Shown here: positions 28,985 to 40,609 of the stretch, piece by piece | How the letters are laid out: every line of letters begins with the position of its first letter | Position numbering within the stretch: the first letter of the stretch is position 1 | From: Camelus ferus | Taxonomy: Eukaryota | Length of the DNA: 64,000 nt | Direction: 5' to 3' | Assembly (NCBI RefSeq): GCF_009834535.1 | Contig: NC_045697.1 | Coordinates: 85,810,001 to 85,874,000 of the forward strand | Notes under the pieces: generated by a model | What the model saw: only the letters and a program-made list of their open reading frames with translations | Told to the model about the DNA's origin: nothing | Databases searched by the model: none | Program-made: the position numbers and the translations under genes

Positions 28985-29715
28985 TGTTGATAATTTGGGC
29001 TTTCCCTTTCTCTCCTGCCTCCTTCCCTCCCTCCCTTCTTCTTTCTCCCTTCATCAATCAGTCTACTAGGGGTTTTTCAATTTTGCTGAACTTTTAAAGG
29101 AACTAGATTTTGGCTTTTTAAGTTTTTACTGTTGCTTGTTTTCTATTTCAGTGATTTCTGCATTTATTATTACTTCTTTCATTTTCACTTACTCTGGTTT
29201 TACTTTTTCTTTTCTTGGCTTCTTAAGGTAGAAGCTTAGATCATTGGATTTTAGGTCTTTTTTCATTTCTAACATAAGCATTTAGCAGTATAAACTTTCT
29301 TCTATGCACTGCTATAGCCATATCCTGTAAGTTTTGATATTTTGTATTGTACTATCTATATTCTTACATTAGTCAAAGTATTTTCCAACTTTCTTTGACT
29401 GCTTCTTTGATTCATAGATTATTTAAAAGTGTATTATTTAATTTCCAAATATGGGTGGTGTTTCCCAAGGTATTTTAACATTATTGATAATATATCTGAG
29501 TCCAAAATGGTCAGAAAACATTCTATGTACAATTTCAATTCTTTTAAATTGATTGAGACTTACTTTATTGCCTAGAATCTAGTCTTTCTTGAATAATGTA
29601 CCATATGCACTTGAAAAAAAATGTTCATTTTGCAGCTGATGACTGCAGTGTTTTATAAGTGTTATTAAGATCAAGGTGACTGTGTGGTTCAGATCCACTG
29701 TCTTCACTGACTTTT
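28985..29715 (-). mobile_element. Old L1M ORF2 fragment
   Basis: Antisense L1 ORF2 (caatcagtctactagggg...gaagcttagatcattg...tggtcagaaaaca...gcacttgaaaa). Confidence 0.75.
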
Positions 29716-29719
29716 TCCC

Positions 29720-31650
29720 TCTGCAGAGTGGAGCGTTTGGTGAACATGCATGTGGTACACAAATGTTCTTTCACACTGAGCCTACTCTGAAAGGTTCGTC
29801 CACATCATACTCCCCCCCAAATCCCTTTGTTGTTAATCTTCCAACTGTATTCTTCTACCAAAGCACAGTTCACAGCTCCTGAAATGGTGTGGACTCATGC
29901 TTCTGCACAGCACTCCCTCTAGGCATAACAAATTATCAGATGCTCTCCTTGAAGTTCAGCCCAGTGGGAGAGAGGATTTTGCTTTCTCTAGTATTTTTCA
30001 GAGCTACTTCTAACTGGGGCTGTAACATTGCAACAGCTCACTTTTGGATAGTAGGTGGAACCATCCAAAATCTATGCTCAGGTGGTTCCTCTTCAGTCAA
30101 CTGATCATATGGAACTCCACACAAGGCTATAAGGATAGGCTGAGGATGAGATAGAAATACAGAAGTTGGTGTCCTAAAAGTGTGAACAACATGATCACGT
30201 GCCTAACTTACTTTGAGGAAGATCAACTTGCTCTGGACTACTAGATCCCATCTTGATGTATCTACTTGATGAGAGAGCACTTGCAGGTGCACCAAATCCA
30301 AGGCTTCATGAATAAAATAATTCTTGTTTTGTGATGGGCAGTTTAGTTCTCATGGTTATTTGAATATTTGTGATAGGAGGTTCTGGCTTCTCAAAAAGAA
30401 AATCATTCTTTGACTAATAATCCCAAAACCCTAGTCTTCTCTTAGTGCATGCCCAGACCCAAGACAGCACTGTGAGATGCCACAAACACACCAAGACCAT
30501 GGGATCCACTACATCATTGAGATCAAACATCAGAAAGGTCCTCTATAGCAGCACAGACAACCTGAAGAGCCTTCTCTTGTTCTAGGTGCCATTTGTTTTG
30601 GACACCGCAGTGGTTATGACATAGCTAGTTTAGTAGCACACACAAACATGTTAGACATTGCTTAAAATATCCATAGAGAACCAAAAAGCTTTGGACTTCT
30701 TTCACAGTGATAGGAGACTCAAGATGCAGTAATTTCTCTCTTACTTTGAGGAAGATATCACAGCTTGCTCTGGACTACTAGATTCTAGAACATTTCCTGA
30801 TCTGGAAGGCTGCTAAATTTTCATGAATCTATTCCCATTCTAGCAAGTGTCTTATTGAGACATAGAATAATCTTACTACTTCCCAGTTATCAAGTTCAAT
30901 CAGCACGATGTCATCAAGATGTTAGATGAGCATTATGTTCTTTGGGATACTGAGAGAACAAGGTTCTTGCCGACCAAATAGTGACTGAGAGTTGAGAACT
31001 GACATAAGCCCTGAGGAAGACTGAAGATATGCTGCTGCCCTTGCCAAGAAAAAAGTAAAATGCCTCTGGTGTTCTCTAGTTATCAAAATAGAGAAAAAAG
31101 AGAAAAATGATTCTGCCAGGTTAATAGTTGCCTATAAGGGTTAGAAGTCATGTTGATTTGTTTTGGTAAGAGATCTCAACTGAAATAGCAGACACCATGG
31201 TAGTCACCCCATGATTAAGTTTATAATAATCTACTATATTTTTCCAGGATCCAAATTTACTCTGCATGCAAAATGTTTTAATTACCTGACCCACTCAAGT
31301 TCTCATCACCAATGGACCACAGTAGTATTCTGGGTCCCCAGTAAGCCCATAAAAGTTGTAGCTATTTTTCTTTCCCCAGGGTGTAGTTATATCAAACAGT
31401 GGCTTCAGGTCTTTTGGGGAAATGGTAGGAGAAGTATTTACATTATATTCTTGGGGTGTTATCACAGGACCTTTTTATCCCACTTCTCCTTTATTAAAGG
31501 ATCCCAGAATAGATTAATCACTCAATGAGAGGCCATGACTTTTAAATACTGGTGACTCAAGCAGACTTCTGTTCAACCAAGTGAGTCTAGTACTTTAAGA
31601 ATACATCATCACATATACCCTCTGAGTTTCTGCCTGCATACATTGGTAAA

Positions 31651-31692
<42 letters not shown>

Positions 31693-32526
31693 ACTTTTGA
31701 TTCTAAAAGTTCTACTCATAGAATATACTCTGTACTTGCCCCCTGAGGCATGATAGATTTAAACTCCAGTTACAGGTCAGCTGGCAGTGACAGGTGGCAT
31801 GGCTGGGCTATGACATGGAACTGAATCTCATTGTGAGGCAGCTGCCTCAGGTGATGTCCTTTAAGTTCTTCAGGAAATAGAATAATTTAGCCGACAAGAC
31901 AGGATGATTTGCCAGTGCTCACAAGGGAGACTTGGTGCAGTTGGGCTGGGAAGTTTGAAGCACTCAAGTACATCTGAATTTCCAAAATATCCATCTTCCA
32001 ATTCTTAGGCTCCCACATTTTCCCAACTGACATCTTAACTTTCCCTTAAAAGAACTGGCGAATTATGAATTCAACCTACACATTAATTCAATAAACCCCA
32101 AGATTAGATTCTGTAACTGATCTATGGATATGTTGACTCTATCTAAAAGATGCCTTCAGTGCAACAGTGGAGGCTCTCTAGCACTTGAGATCATGTCTTG
32201 AATTTAAATCCTTAGTCTCATCATTTTTCAAGCTCTCTAGTACTGTTAGAAATATATAGCCAACCTATAGTCCTTGTATTCCTCCTTCTTGTCATAGTGG
32301 TTCATCTTAGAAACCATTTAGTCCAACAAAGTTAACTTTTTTCAGTACACACTTCATTCCAGGTGTTCAAGTACATGTTTTGCCACCGTACACTATATTT
32401 TTTGGTGTTATATCCTCTAGTGCTAGTGGTATCTTTACTGCCTTCAAACACAACCAGATCAGAAAACCAGCTCTATATTCACATTTGCTTGAGTCTGTGG
32501 CCTGTGCCATTCTTGGTATTGATTTT
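29720..32526 (-). mobile_element. Degenerate ERV-L (class III) internal region: gag, protease, RT, RNase H; integrase and 3' LTR not present
   Basis: Minus-strand translation gives GSWKNIVDYYKLNHGVT (about 31200-31255), ..LPQGL.. (about 31005-31020), LSIPKNIMLI*HLDDIVLI (YxDD site, about 30895-30955), GVPYDQLTEEE (about 30085-30118) and WAELQ (about 29950-29965). Many stops and frameshifts. Degenerate PBS at about 32505-32523. Confidence 0.88.
31652..31688. repeat. (TG)n microsatellite
   Basis: Seen directly. Confidence 0.97.
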
Positions 32527-33042
32527 TACGTTGTGAGGGTTCCAACAGAGTTAAGTTTATGCTGAAATTGAGTAAGCACAAAAGAAGTGATTACTGGCTA
32601 ATAAATGCCTTATATAATCATTGAGCTAGCAGAAAATAACAGACTGTAGGCTCAGCTTCCAGGAATGGAACGTGATAACACAAACCTGAACTAACACAGC
32701 AGGAAACTACTTTGCAAGTACAGCGGCAGGTTTCCCCCACAGCGGCCAGCTCCAGAACCAGGCCAGCCCTGCACAAGGATCCCACATGCCAAGGTGAAAA
32801 GCTGCCCCGTCCAGAAGAACTGTGTGACCTCTGCTAAGAGCCACTGGAAAACACACCTCTCCACCGACTTCAGTTCTGAATTGAAGTCTCCTGTGAGACT
32901 TCAGAAACCCATTCCAGAACTCCTGCTGCAAGGACATCTGGGAAATAGCAATTGTTTGCTTTCCAAGTTTTGCTAAATAAGAAGGCACTGAAAAGGAAGA
33001 TGAGCAAAAGTTAAACAAACCAATCCATACTATTTGCCCCCA
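32527..33042 (-). mobile_element. 5' LTR of the ERV-L remnant (LTR16/LTR33-like)
   Basis: Abuts the PBS; the right end caaggacatctgggaaatagc...ccaatccatactatttgccccca resembles the reverse complement of an ERVL LTR start. Confidence 0.6.
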
Positions 33043-33848
33043 TACTTTAAAGATGATTCCTGCCAACCTCTCTTCCTTGCTGAGAAAGCATGGTAAGTAC
33101 ATATGTAGTGGAAACTGTGGGGACGGGGAGAAGGATATGACCAACTTACAAAGTCTTAGAAAGTGCAACTTAGAAAGATGTGCAAATGAAGCAAAGAAGT
33201 TCCTAATTACAGATTTGGAAACTCTGGTTCCAAACCTCAGGGCACAAGTTCAATAAACTAGTCTGGACTACCTGGAGACTGGAGATCTCTATCACCCAAG
33301 CAAAGATTGCTGGCACGGACGAAAATGAACAGGGAGTAAAGCGTGCTTTGTCGATTTTCCCTGCTGACAGCAACGAAGCCTGAGATCTTACATATGCAAT
33401 GGTATTATAAGGTGGAACGTCTACTCTCAAACCAAGAACTAGCAGATGGGAACAAAGACTAAAAGAGAGAGAGAGTAATTGATACGTTCATAACCCCACT
33501 TATTCCAGGCCTTCTCAGGCCAAGGTAAGAGGTCAGGCAGGGAGTTGAGGACGAGAGAAGGAGAAACCCCTTCGTATTCGCTCCGTATTCTTCCAGACTG
33601 CAGGACAAGAAGAGAGTAGCAGCTTTACACCCACACAGGACTTTCTGCCCCTTTGACGTCTCTGCCTTAGGAAGTGTGGCCCCATCAGAGATCCTGAACT
33701 TGAGTAACTACTCTCCTCTTTGTGGAATGAAACTTATTTCCTTTCCCTGCTTCTGACTTTTTTGTAGAAATGGCAAGAGCATGGGGTGGAAAAGATCCTT
33801 GATTTCCATCAAGTGACGAATGTATCCTTTCAAGAATGAAGCACTAAT

Positions 33849-34079
33849 CTCAACGTCCCAATTTATCCCCCATCCCTTTCCCCTTTGGTAACCGTAAGTT
33901 TGTTTTCTATGTCTGTGTATCACAGGGAACTACATTCAATATCTTAATAACCTATAATGAGAAAGAATATGAAAAAGAATATATATACATATATATGTAT
34001 AACTGAATCACATTGCTATATACCAGAAACTAACACAACATTAAAAATCAACTATACTTTAATTAAAAAAATTTTTTTA
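33849..34079 (+). mobile_element. Short L1 3' end with 5' inversion and 17-bp TSD
   Basis: TSD aagaatgaagcactaat at 33832-33848 and 34080-34096; 33849-33918 is antisense and 33919-34079 is sense L1 3' UTR. Confidence 0.92.
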
Positions 34080-36009
34080 AAGAATGAAGCACTAATACAA
34101 TCTTTGGGTACAAATGAATGCATATGGGGATGTTCTAAGGCTCAGCCTTAAAAATAGCCTTTAAAGATTGTGCACTAAAAATGTCACAGTCAATACCCAT
34201 TCTTGTGGGGTAGGGAGGAAAAACTAACATTCATTGAGAACTTACATATGAAGTGACAGGCACAGCACTAGGAGGTAAATAACCCTGTTGGGCTTGGGGT
34301 TGTTATGCCCCATGTTAGAGAGAGAAATAGAAGCTCAGGAAATTTGCTTTCCTGCCCACTGGACAGACAGTAGCAGAGCCAGGATTCAACCAAACCATGT
34401 CTCCAATACCCATGTTCTTTCTACTGTAGTACAGACACCCTTTCAAAGCTGAAGTCCTAGAAATAGGACAGAATATGTGAAAATGCCCAAGGGGAAGTAG
34501 TGACCTAGTCCATCCAAAAGGGAGAGTCAAAAACAACCACAGCCAGAAACAAATCAGAATGTTGCTCTCCCAAGCCCAGCAATCTTACTTGCAGAAAGAA
34601 ATGGCAAGAATTGCAGAAAAGAAGTTCATTGTCACATGATCCCATCCAGAAGTAACTGATTTGAAACCTGCATGCCAGACAGGAAAAGTAATTTAAAAAA
34701 CCATAAAATCAGTTATTGGGGGAAAATACATTTAATTTCAAAAGAAATGGACTTAATATAGAACCATGCATGGATGCCCTTTCACCTGGGTCACCTGCAT
34801 CCCCCATAGTCACCCTCAGGGGCATGTGGTCCAGAAATTGCTTTTGTCAGAAACCCAACTTTATATTATGAGGACAAGCTATGTTTCACATTCTAAAACT
34901 CGCATATCTGAAAACCTTTAGAAGCAGACCAGCCTGCGAGTACTTCTGATAGTCACAGGGCACTCGACAGAAACGTGTTGTACATCTTCCAGCAGACACA
35001 GAAGCTCCCGACCCATTTTCTCTTCAAAGCTATACCTTTATCAAAGCTGTTACTAACTTCCTCTAATTACATTATAGGGGAAGCTTCAAGCATCTATTAT
35101 TACCCTGTTAACGGCTATCTTTAGCATTAGATGATCTCTCTTTTACTGAGAACACTAAGCCTCAGGCCCAGAGCAAACTGCAGGCAATCACAGAAGCAGC
35201 CAGTCAGAGGCAAAAAGGGCTGAAGGGCACCCATGGGACAGGAGGAAGGGAGTAAACAAAGCTACAGATCCATAAATTAAAAGGCTTTCTCTAAATAAAG
35301 GAACTCAGAGAAAGAAGAGAGGAAAACTAAATAACTCAGGGTCGAAGAGAAATCATGCAGGTTTTCTAACCCTTGGGCTTATCCAGCACATTTCCCCTGC
35401 TTCCCCAGAGCACAGTTTGAAAGCCTTAGATCTAGCTGAACTCTCAAGGACCCTTCCTTATGCGTGATTTCAAGAGCAGAGAACATCCTTTGTATGTCAA
35501 ATTTAGGAAGTTTTGTTACAGATTGAATATTCATGATCATGGTCTTTTTAGAAAAGTGTGCAGATCAAATCTCCTGTGAAGTGTGTTGCACTACTGTATG
35601 TCCTGTAGGAAGTTTTTATGCAGGTCTCTTGCCTTATCACTCCCACAGGGGTGGTTCCTCCAAGGACCCCAACACACAAGATTCTTATCTGAGGGAATGT
35701 AACAAAGGCCCAGAATTTTTTTTTAAACAAGGCACTCTTCACAAGCCACATAAGCCAAAGTCAGATTCTCCACAGTTCTAGGGCTGTTGGTGACCCCACA
35801 TTTTAAAACTGCATTTGGTTCCACAAAGGATTCCTGATAAATATGTGTTATCCCTAGAAACCAATTACTGTTATCAAAATTTGCACCCAGGCAAAAGATC
35901 AGATGGGAAAGCTAGAAGGAACCCTATAGACATCATGCATTTCCCCTCGACAAATAGATTCAAAACTTTCATCACCAATTGAGTAACCTCAGGACAATCT
36001 ACAAATATT

Positions 36010-37410
36010 CCCAGACTAAGAGCTCCAGGCCCTGATATTGATACAAATTCATACCTGATAACTCCACCTGGATGTCCACCAGTACCTCAAATTCAACATG
36101 ACCAAAATGGAACCATCGTCTTCTTACCAAAACCCCTTCTTTCTTTGCCTCTGTCACAGATGGTAACCTCACCATCTACTTCGTTTTCTAATCTAGATAA
36201 TTCAGCAAATTACTCCTTCCTTGTTAAGTCTAATCAGCTCAGCCTTCAAAGTCTCCCTCACTTCTGTGCTCCTCCTTGTCTGCATCCTCAGCCCTCAGCC
36301 CCTCACTATTGCAATAGCCATGAAACCAAGTGAGCTCCCAAAACTTCTTTCTGCCTCCTGCCACCCACGCTCATAGCAGCACAAAGACATCTCTCGGAAA
36401 CACAAATCTGATCACACCCCTTCCCTGCACTGAAACCTTGGCCAATTCCCATTTTCTTCAGGATGAAGACCAGGCTGGGCAAGCCCGTAAGAGCCCTAAA
36501 CAAGCTGGTGTCATCCTGAATTTCCAGTCTCCTTCCCCAGAGCTCTGACACTACATGCCTTGTGCTTCACACAATTTGTTCCCCTTATGTGCCTCCGTTT
36601 TAGCATGCACCATGATGTCTGTCTAAAGTGATCTCGCTCTTTACGGAGCAGATACCTTCCTGTCTTTCAAAACCTGGCTCCTGCATCACTTTCCCTGAAA
36701 AAGCTTCCCTCCTCCCCCAGGCTACTAGCTGCTCCTTTTCTGTGCCACCATCATGCCCTCTACCTGCTTCTTGTGGGTTGATCTGTGTCCCCCCAAAATA
36801 TATAGTCAAGTCCTAACTCCCATAACCTTGACCTTATTGGGAACTAGGGTCTTTGCAGATGTAATGGAGTGGAGATGAGGTCATACTGGATTAAGGGGAG
36901 CTGTCATCCAATGGTTAGTGTCCTTATAAGGAAAAGGAAATTTAGACACACACAGGGATGAATGCTGTGTGAAACAGAGATATAGATTGAAATGATGCAT
37001 CTCCAAGCCAAGGAACCCCAAAGACTGCTGGCAAGAACCAGAAGCTAGGAGAGGCATGAAAGAGTTTCTCTCTCAGACCCTCCAGAAGGAACTAAGCCAG
37101 CTGACTCCTTGATCTTGGACTTCTGGCCTCCAGAACCGAAAAAGAATCCATTTCTGTTGTTTCAAGCCACCAGTATTGTGGTACTTTGTGAAGGAAGCCT
37201 AGGAAACAAATGCCTGCCTAACCTTAGCTCTCTTTACCCTGAATCACAGCTCTATGCTTTATACCAGTCTCTCCCTCTAGACCCCAAAGTCCTGCACAGA
37301 AGGTATGTAACTTGTCTGTGTACCTTACCCCTGTTTCCGTCCCTTCCCCTTCCAGTTCACAGTGCACAGTTCCTGGCAACTGGAAGGCATCAAAAAATGT
37401 GGAATCAAGG
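36010..37410 (+). mobile_element. LINE-2 3' region interrupted by a MaLR LTR
   Basis: actccacctggatgtccaccagtacctcaaattcaacatgaccaaaatggaac...aaatctgatcacac...cacagttcctggca. Confidence 0.75.
36770..37212 (+). mobile_element. MaLR LTR (MLT1C-like), near complete
   Basis: tgtgggttgatctgtgtcccccc...gggtctttgcagatgtaat...gacttctggcctccagaac...cctaggaaacaaat. Confidence 0.85.
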
Positions 37411-40109
37411 AAAAGAAAGGAAAGTTAGGAGAGACACAGAAAAAGCACTGTCATCATGGTAAGTGCACTGAAGAAAATGACATAACTTATCATTCCATCA
37501 AATGTTTTCCATTGTCATCACTAACATTTTTCTCTAGGAAATAGTTGATTTTAATGCCTATCCATATGGAGGGCCAGCCTGTCTAGATGGATAATGAAAA
37601 CTGATGCTAATGTCTGGGGTCTAACCTGCAGGCATGATTTCTTTAGTCTTCATAGTATTTGACCCACCAATTTTTTAAAACCTTTCATTAGTTGATAACC
37701 TTCAAAATTATACATTAAATCCAAAGTTGGGGTTTCTCTAGCAAAATATTATTGTCAAATAATGGGCCCTCATTCCCATGTGTCCACAGCTTCCAGCCTT
37801 CAAGCGGTGGTGCCCCCTCAGGTGACAGGCACCCTCTCCTCTTTACCACAGACCTCAACATACTGTCACTTCTTTTTCTAGATTATTTTACTTACTTATG
37901 TTATCTACCAAGGGTCTCCAGCCCACAAACTCCCATAGGAATGAAGATGATTAATACGTTCCCAATATTTTTAAAGAAGTTATATTCTCAAATATTATTC
38001 ATATTTTCCAATACTACTTATGCAGAAAATGCAAGCATAAGTGTGCACATTAAGATAAATCCCCCCTGTTGTTATCCAGGCAATTCAGACTGAGATTCTC
38101 ATTAATGAAACTTTCATATCATCATTTAAAACCCAGAGGATGTGACCCTTCAGCCTTCCTCTCTTAATCTTCAGAGCAGCTGCCTGTCACTTTGAGGCAG
38201 AGGAAGGGGCACAGATAGATAGTAACTTTGCTATTTTTGTAGCCTAAATGGCTGCAAACTTGGGTTCACAATAAAAGAACTTGTATTTATTTTATCATTT
38301 TGAAAGTAAGTTCAGTAAGAAAAATGGGCAACCCTAAAATGCCCATCACAGCATTAGCTCACAGACACCACAGAAAAAGTCTCAGCTAAAATTTACTTGC
38401 ACTTTACTTGATTCTTCCTTCTTTCATCATTTCATTATCCTCTGGAGAAATCAGAAACAGGACTAAAGGCTCGGGTCAAAAATTAAGGGAAAGAGAAATC
38501 TTCAGATAGAAAAGAAAAAACACACACCTCTAGTTTAATTTCTGAAAGGTACAATATTTTTTTCAGGAATTGAACAGCATTGGTTTTGTCAATTTAAGAT
38601 TTTCTGTGTTGAAACATTACCCTCCGCAAATGTGCATTATCAGTGAACAGTTTCCTCTTCACTTGTCCTTTTTTAATGAGCTTCTGTGGAAGAAAAGGTC
38701 CCCTGAAAAATCATCCTGGGACTAATCTGATCCTGAGGGGACAACCTTGGGAATCAGGATCTCAAAATCCCTTCCTAACACGTGTGGCTCCTCTAAAGAG
38801 TGCTCTCTGAGTTATCGGAAATGACTCTCACTGGGGTGTTAGCCATGGAATCTCAGCTTATTTGCACTGAATTATTGATATTACTTTGTGGCTATCTTTG
38901 ACATTTCCATTTCTTCAGAGAAAAATAGAGTAATAGAGAAATGGGTGAATCACAAGAAGGAGCAAATAGAGATTTTCAAAGTTTGCTTCTCAAATGTTTT
39001 GACAAAGGATCATTTACATGTGCCATTCTTGATCTGAGTCCTAAGTCCTTCCTAATTTATCCAGTTCTAATCTTTCGTAAGTACTATTTTCATTGGTGTG
39101 CTGATGCACTAAATGAAGGCAAGGGAGTGACTGCTTTATAAGACTTTCAAAGATTATTCTCCCATTAGATGTGACATTGCACTAAAAACAGTCTCTTTAT
39201 CAAGTTCCCAAAACTGAAATACTTAACATAGGTTAAATCTACGATTCCCAGTCAAGGGAATGGGAATAAAGAAAAAAGAAGCAAACAGAAAAACAAAGAA
39301 AAGAAAAGCCCAACCCAAATTATTGAAAAGCTTCCTAAGAATAATTGAATCTCAAGACATGGAGCAGTTACATGAAAGGAGCCCAGTTAGAGCATGCGCA
39401 CAGAGGCCCGGGTGCCAGAGCCGGAAAGCGGGCCACAAGTAGGGTGTGTGCAGTGCTGCATGCTTCTGGTTTTCTTCAGTTTGTATAAACAATAAAGGAT
39501 TTTAGGCTATCTATATGACCATTCTTCTCAGAGATTGAGGAAGAGATAGGTGGAGGATGGATAGAGTAATTTCCCACTCTCAGAGAACTTACTCCATAGA
39601 TCAGTTCAAATCAGGTCCCCTTTGGAATCAGTCTGAACAGAACTTGGTCATGGTCTGAAAGTGAGCAAGAGGAGTATGATGGGGCGTGGTTCCAGGGGTG
39701 TCGGGGTTGAAAGATGTAGTCTGTGATCTAAGACAGAGTGAGGAGTATTTGGCAAGAACAGGCAGGCTGAGGGGAGCATGTGTCAGACACATGGCTAAGA
39801 TTTGTCGGTAAAAACCTGCTAGTCACCAGAAGGAACAGGTAGGGGAAGCAGAGAAGCAGAGACGAAAACACACACACACACACCACAAAGGGCAGAGGCC
39901 AGAGGCCCGGTGAGCTGAAAGCAGGAATGCTCCAAAAATAGCACTTCCGTCTAAGAAACCATAAGACTTCCTTGACAATTTGTAGGATCTGCCATTCTGA
40001 GGAGCTACTGACCTTGAATGAGAATTTTCAGAGTCCTTGTAAAAAAGATGTATGTGTATAAGGAATTCAACATTAGGGAAAATTCTGTATAAATTCCTTG
40101 ATTCATCCG

Positions 40110-40600
40110 TCAATACTAATTAATGCCAGCACCAAACTACTTGATTATTACAGCCTTATAGGACATCTTATTATTAATAGTGTCCTCATTATTCTTCTAT
40201 TTCTTGAATTTCTTGGATATTTTCATTCATCTTGTCAAAGATATTTAAACTAAATGAAGGCTGGAGGGAGACTCCGTTATAAGCCTTTTAGAAATCATTC
40301 TCCCATTAGAAACAGGAGTCTGGGTCAACTTTCCCCCACAAATTTTTTGGAGGGATTTTACTTAGAATAGCATTTAACTTACCAACTAACCTGGGAGGAA
40401 CTGACACGTTCAAATAGTCTTTAATTTAAATTTTATTTCATGTCTTTCACTGAAGTGTTGCTGTTTTTTTCCATAATTCTTACTAAAGTTGTTTCTCGGT
40501 GTTTAATTACTATTGCTTTTCTGAATAGGATCAATTTTTTTTCATTTTACTTTCTAATTGGTGTTTAGCAAGTTTAAGTGAAAACAATTGATTCCTTTTC
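40110..40600 (-). mobile_element. Very old L1 (L1ME-like) fragment
   Basis: atgccagcaccaaactac...gggattttacttagaatagcatttaac...gggaggaactgacac. Confidence 0.55.
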
Positions 40601-40609
40601 ATTTTTTTC

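Noticed and set aside
29720..32526. Domesticated retroviral gene
   Set aside because: No long ORF; in-frame stop beside the YxDD site and the protease active site is deleted.
32882..32903. 9-bp perfect hairpin tgaagtctc-ctgt-gagacttca
   Set aside because: Short, inside an LTR, and could arise by chance or local fold-back.
32707..33256. Overlapping ORFs (153, 60 and 67 aa) as a gene or processed pseudogene
   Set aside because: They lie largely within the LTR-like sequence and show no recognisable protein similarity.
37808..37826. Possible CTCF site (minus strand acctgagggggcacc)
   Set aside because: Only the 3' half matches the core motif; not supportable without a PWM score or ChIP data.
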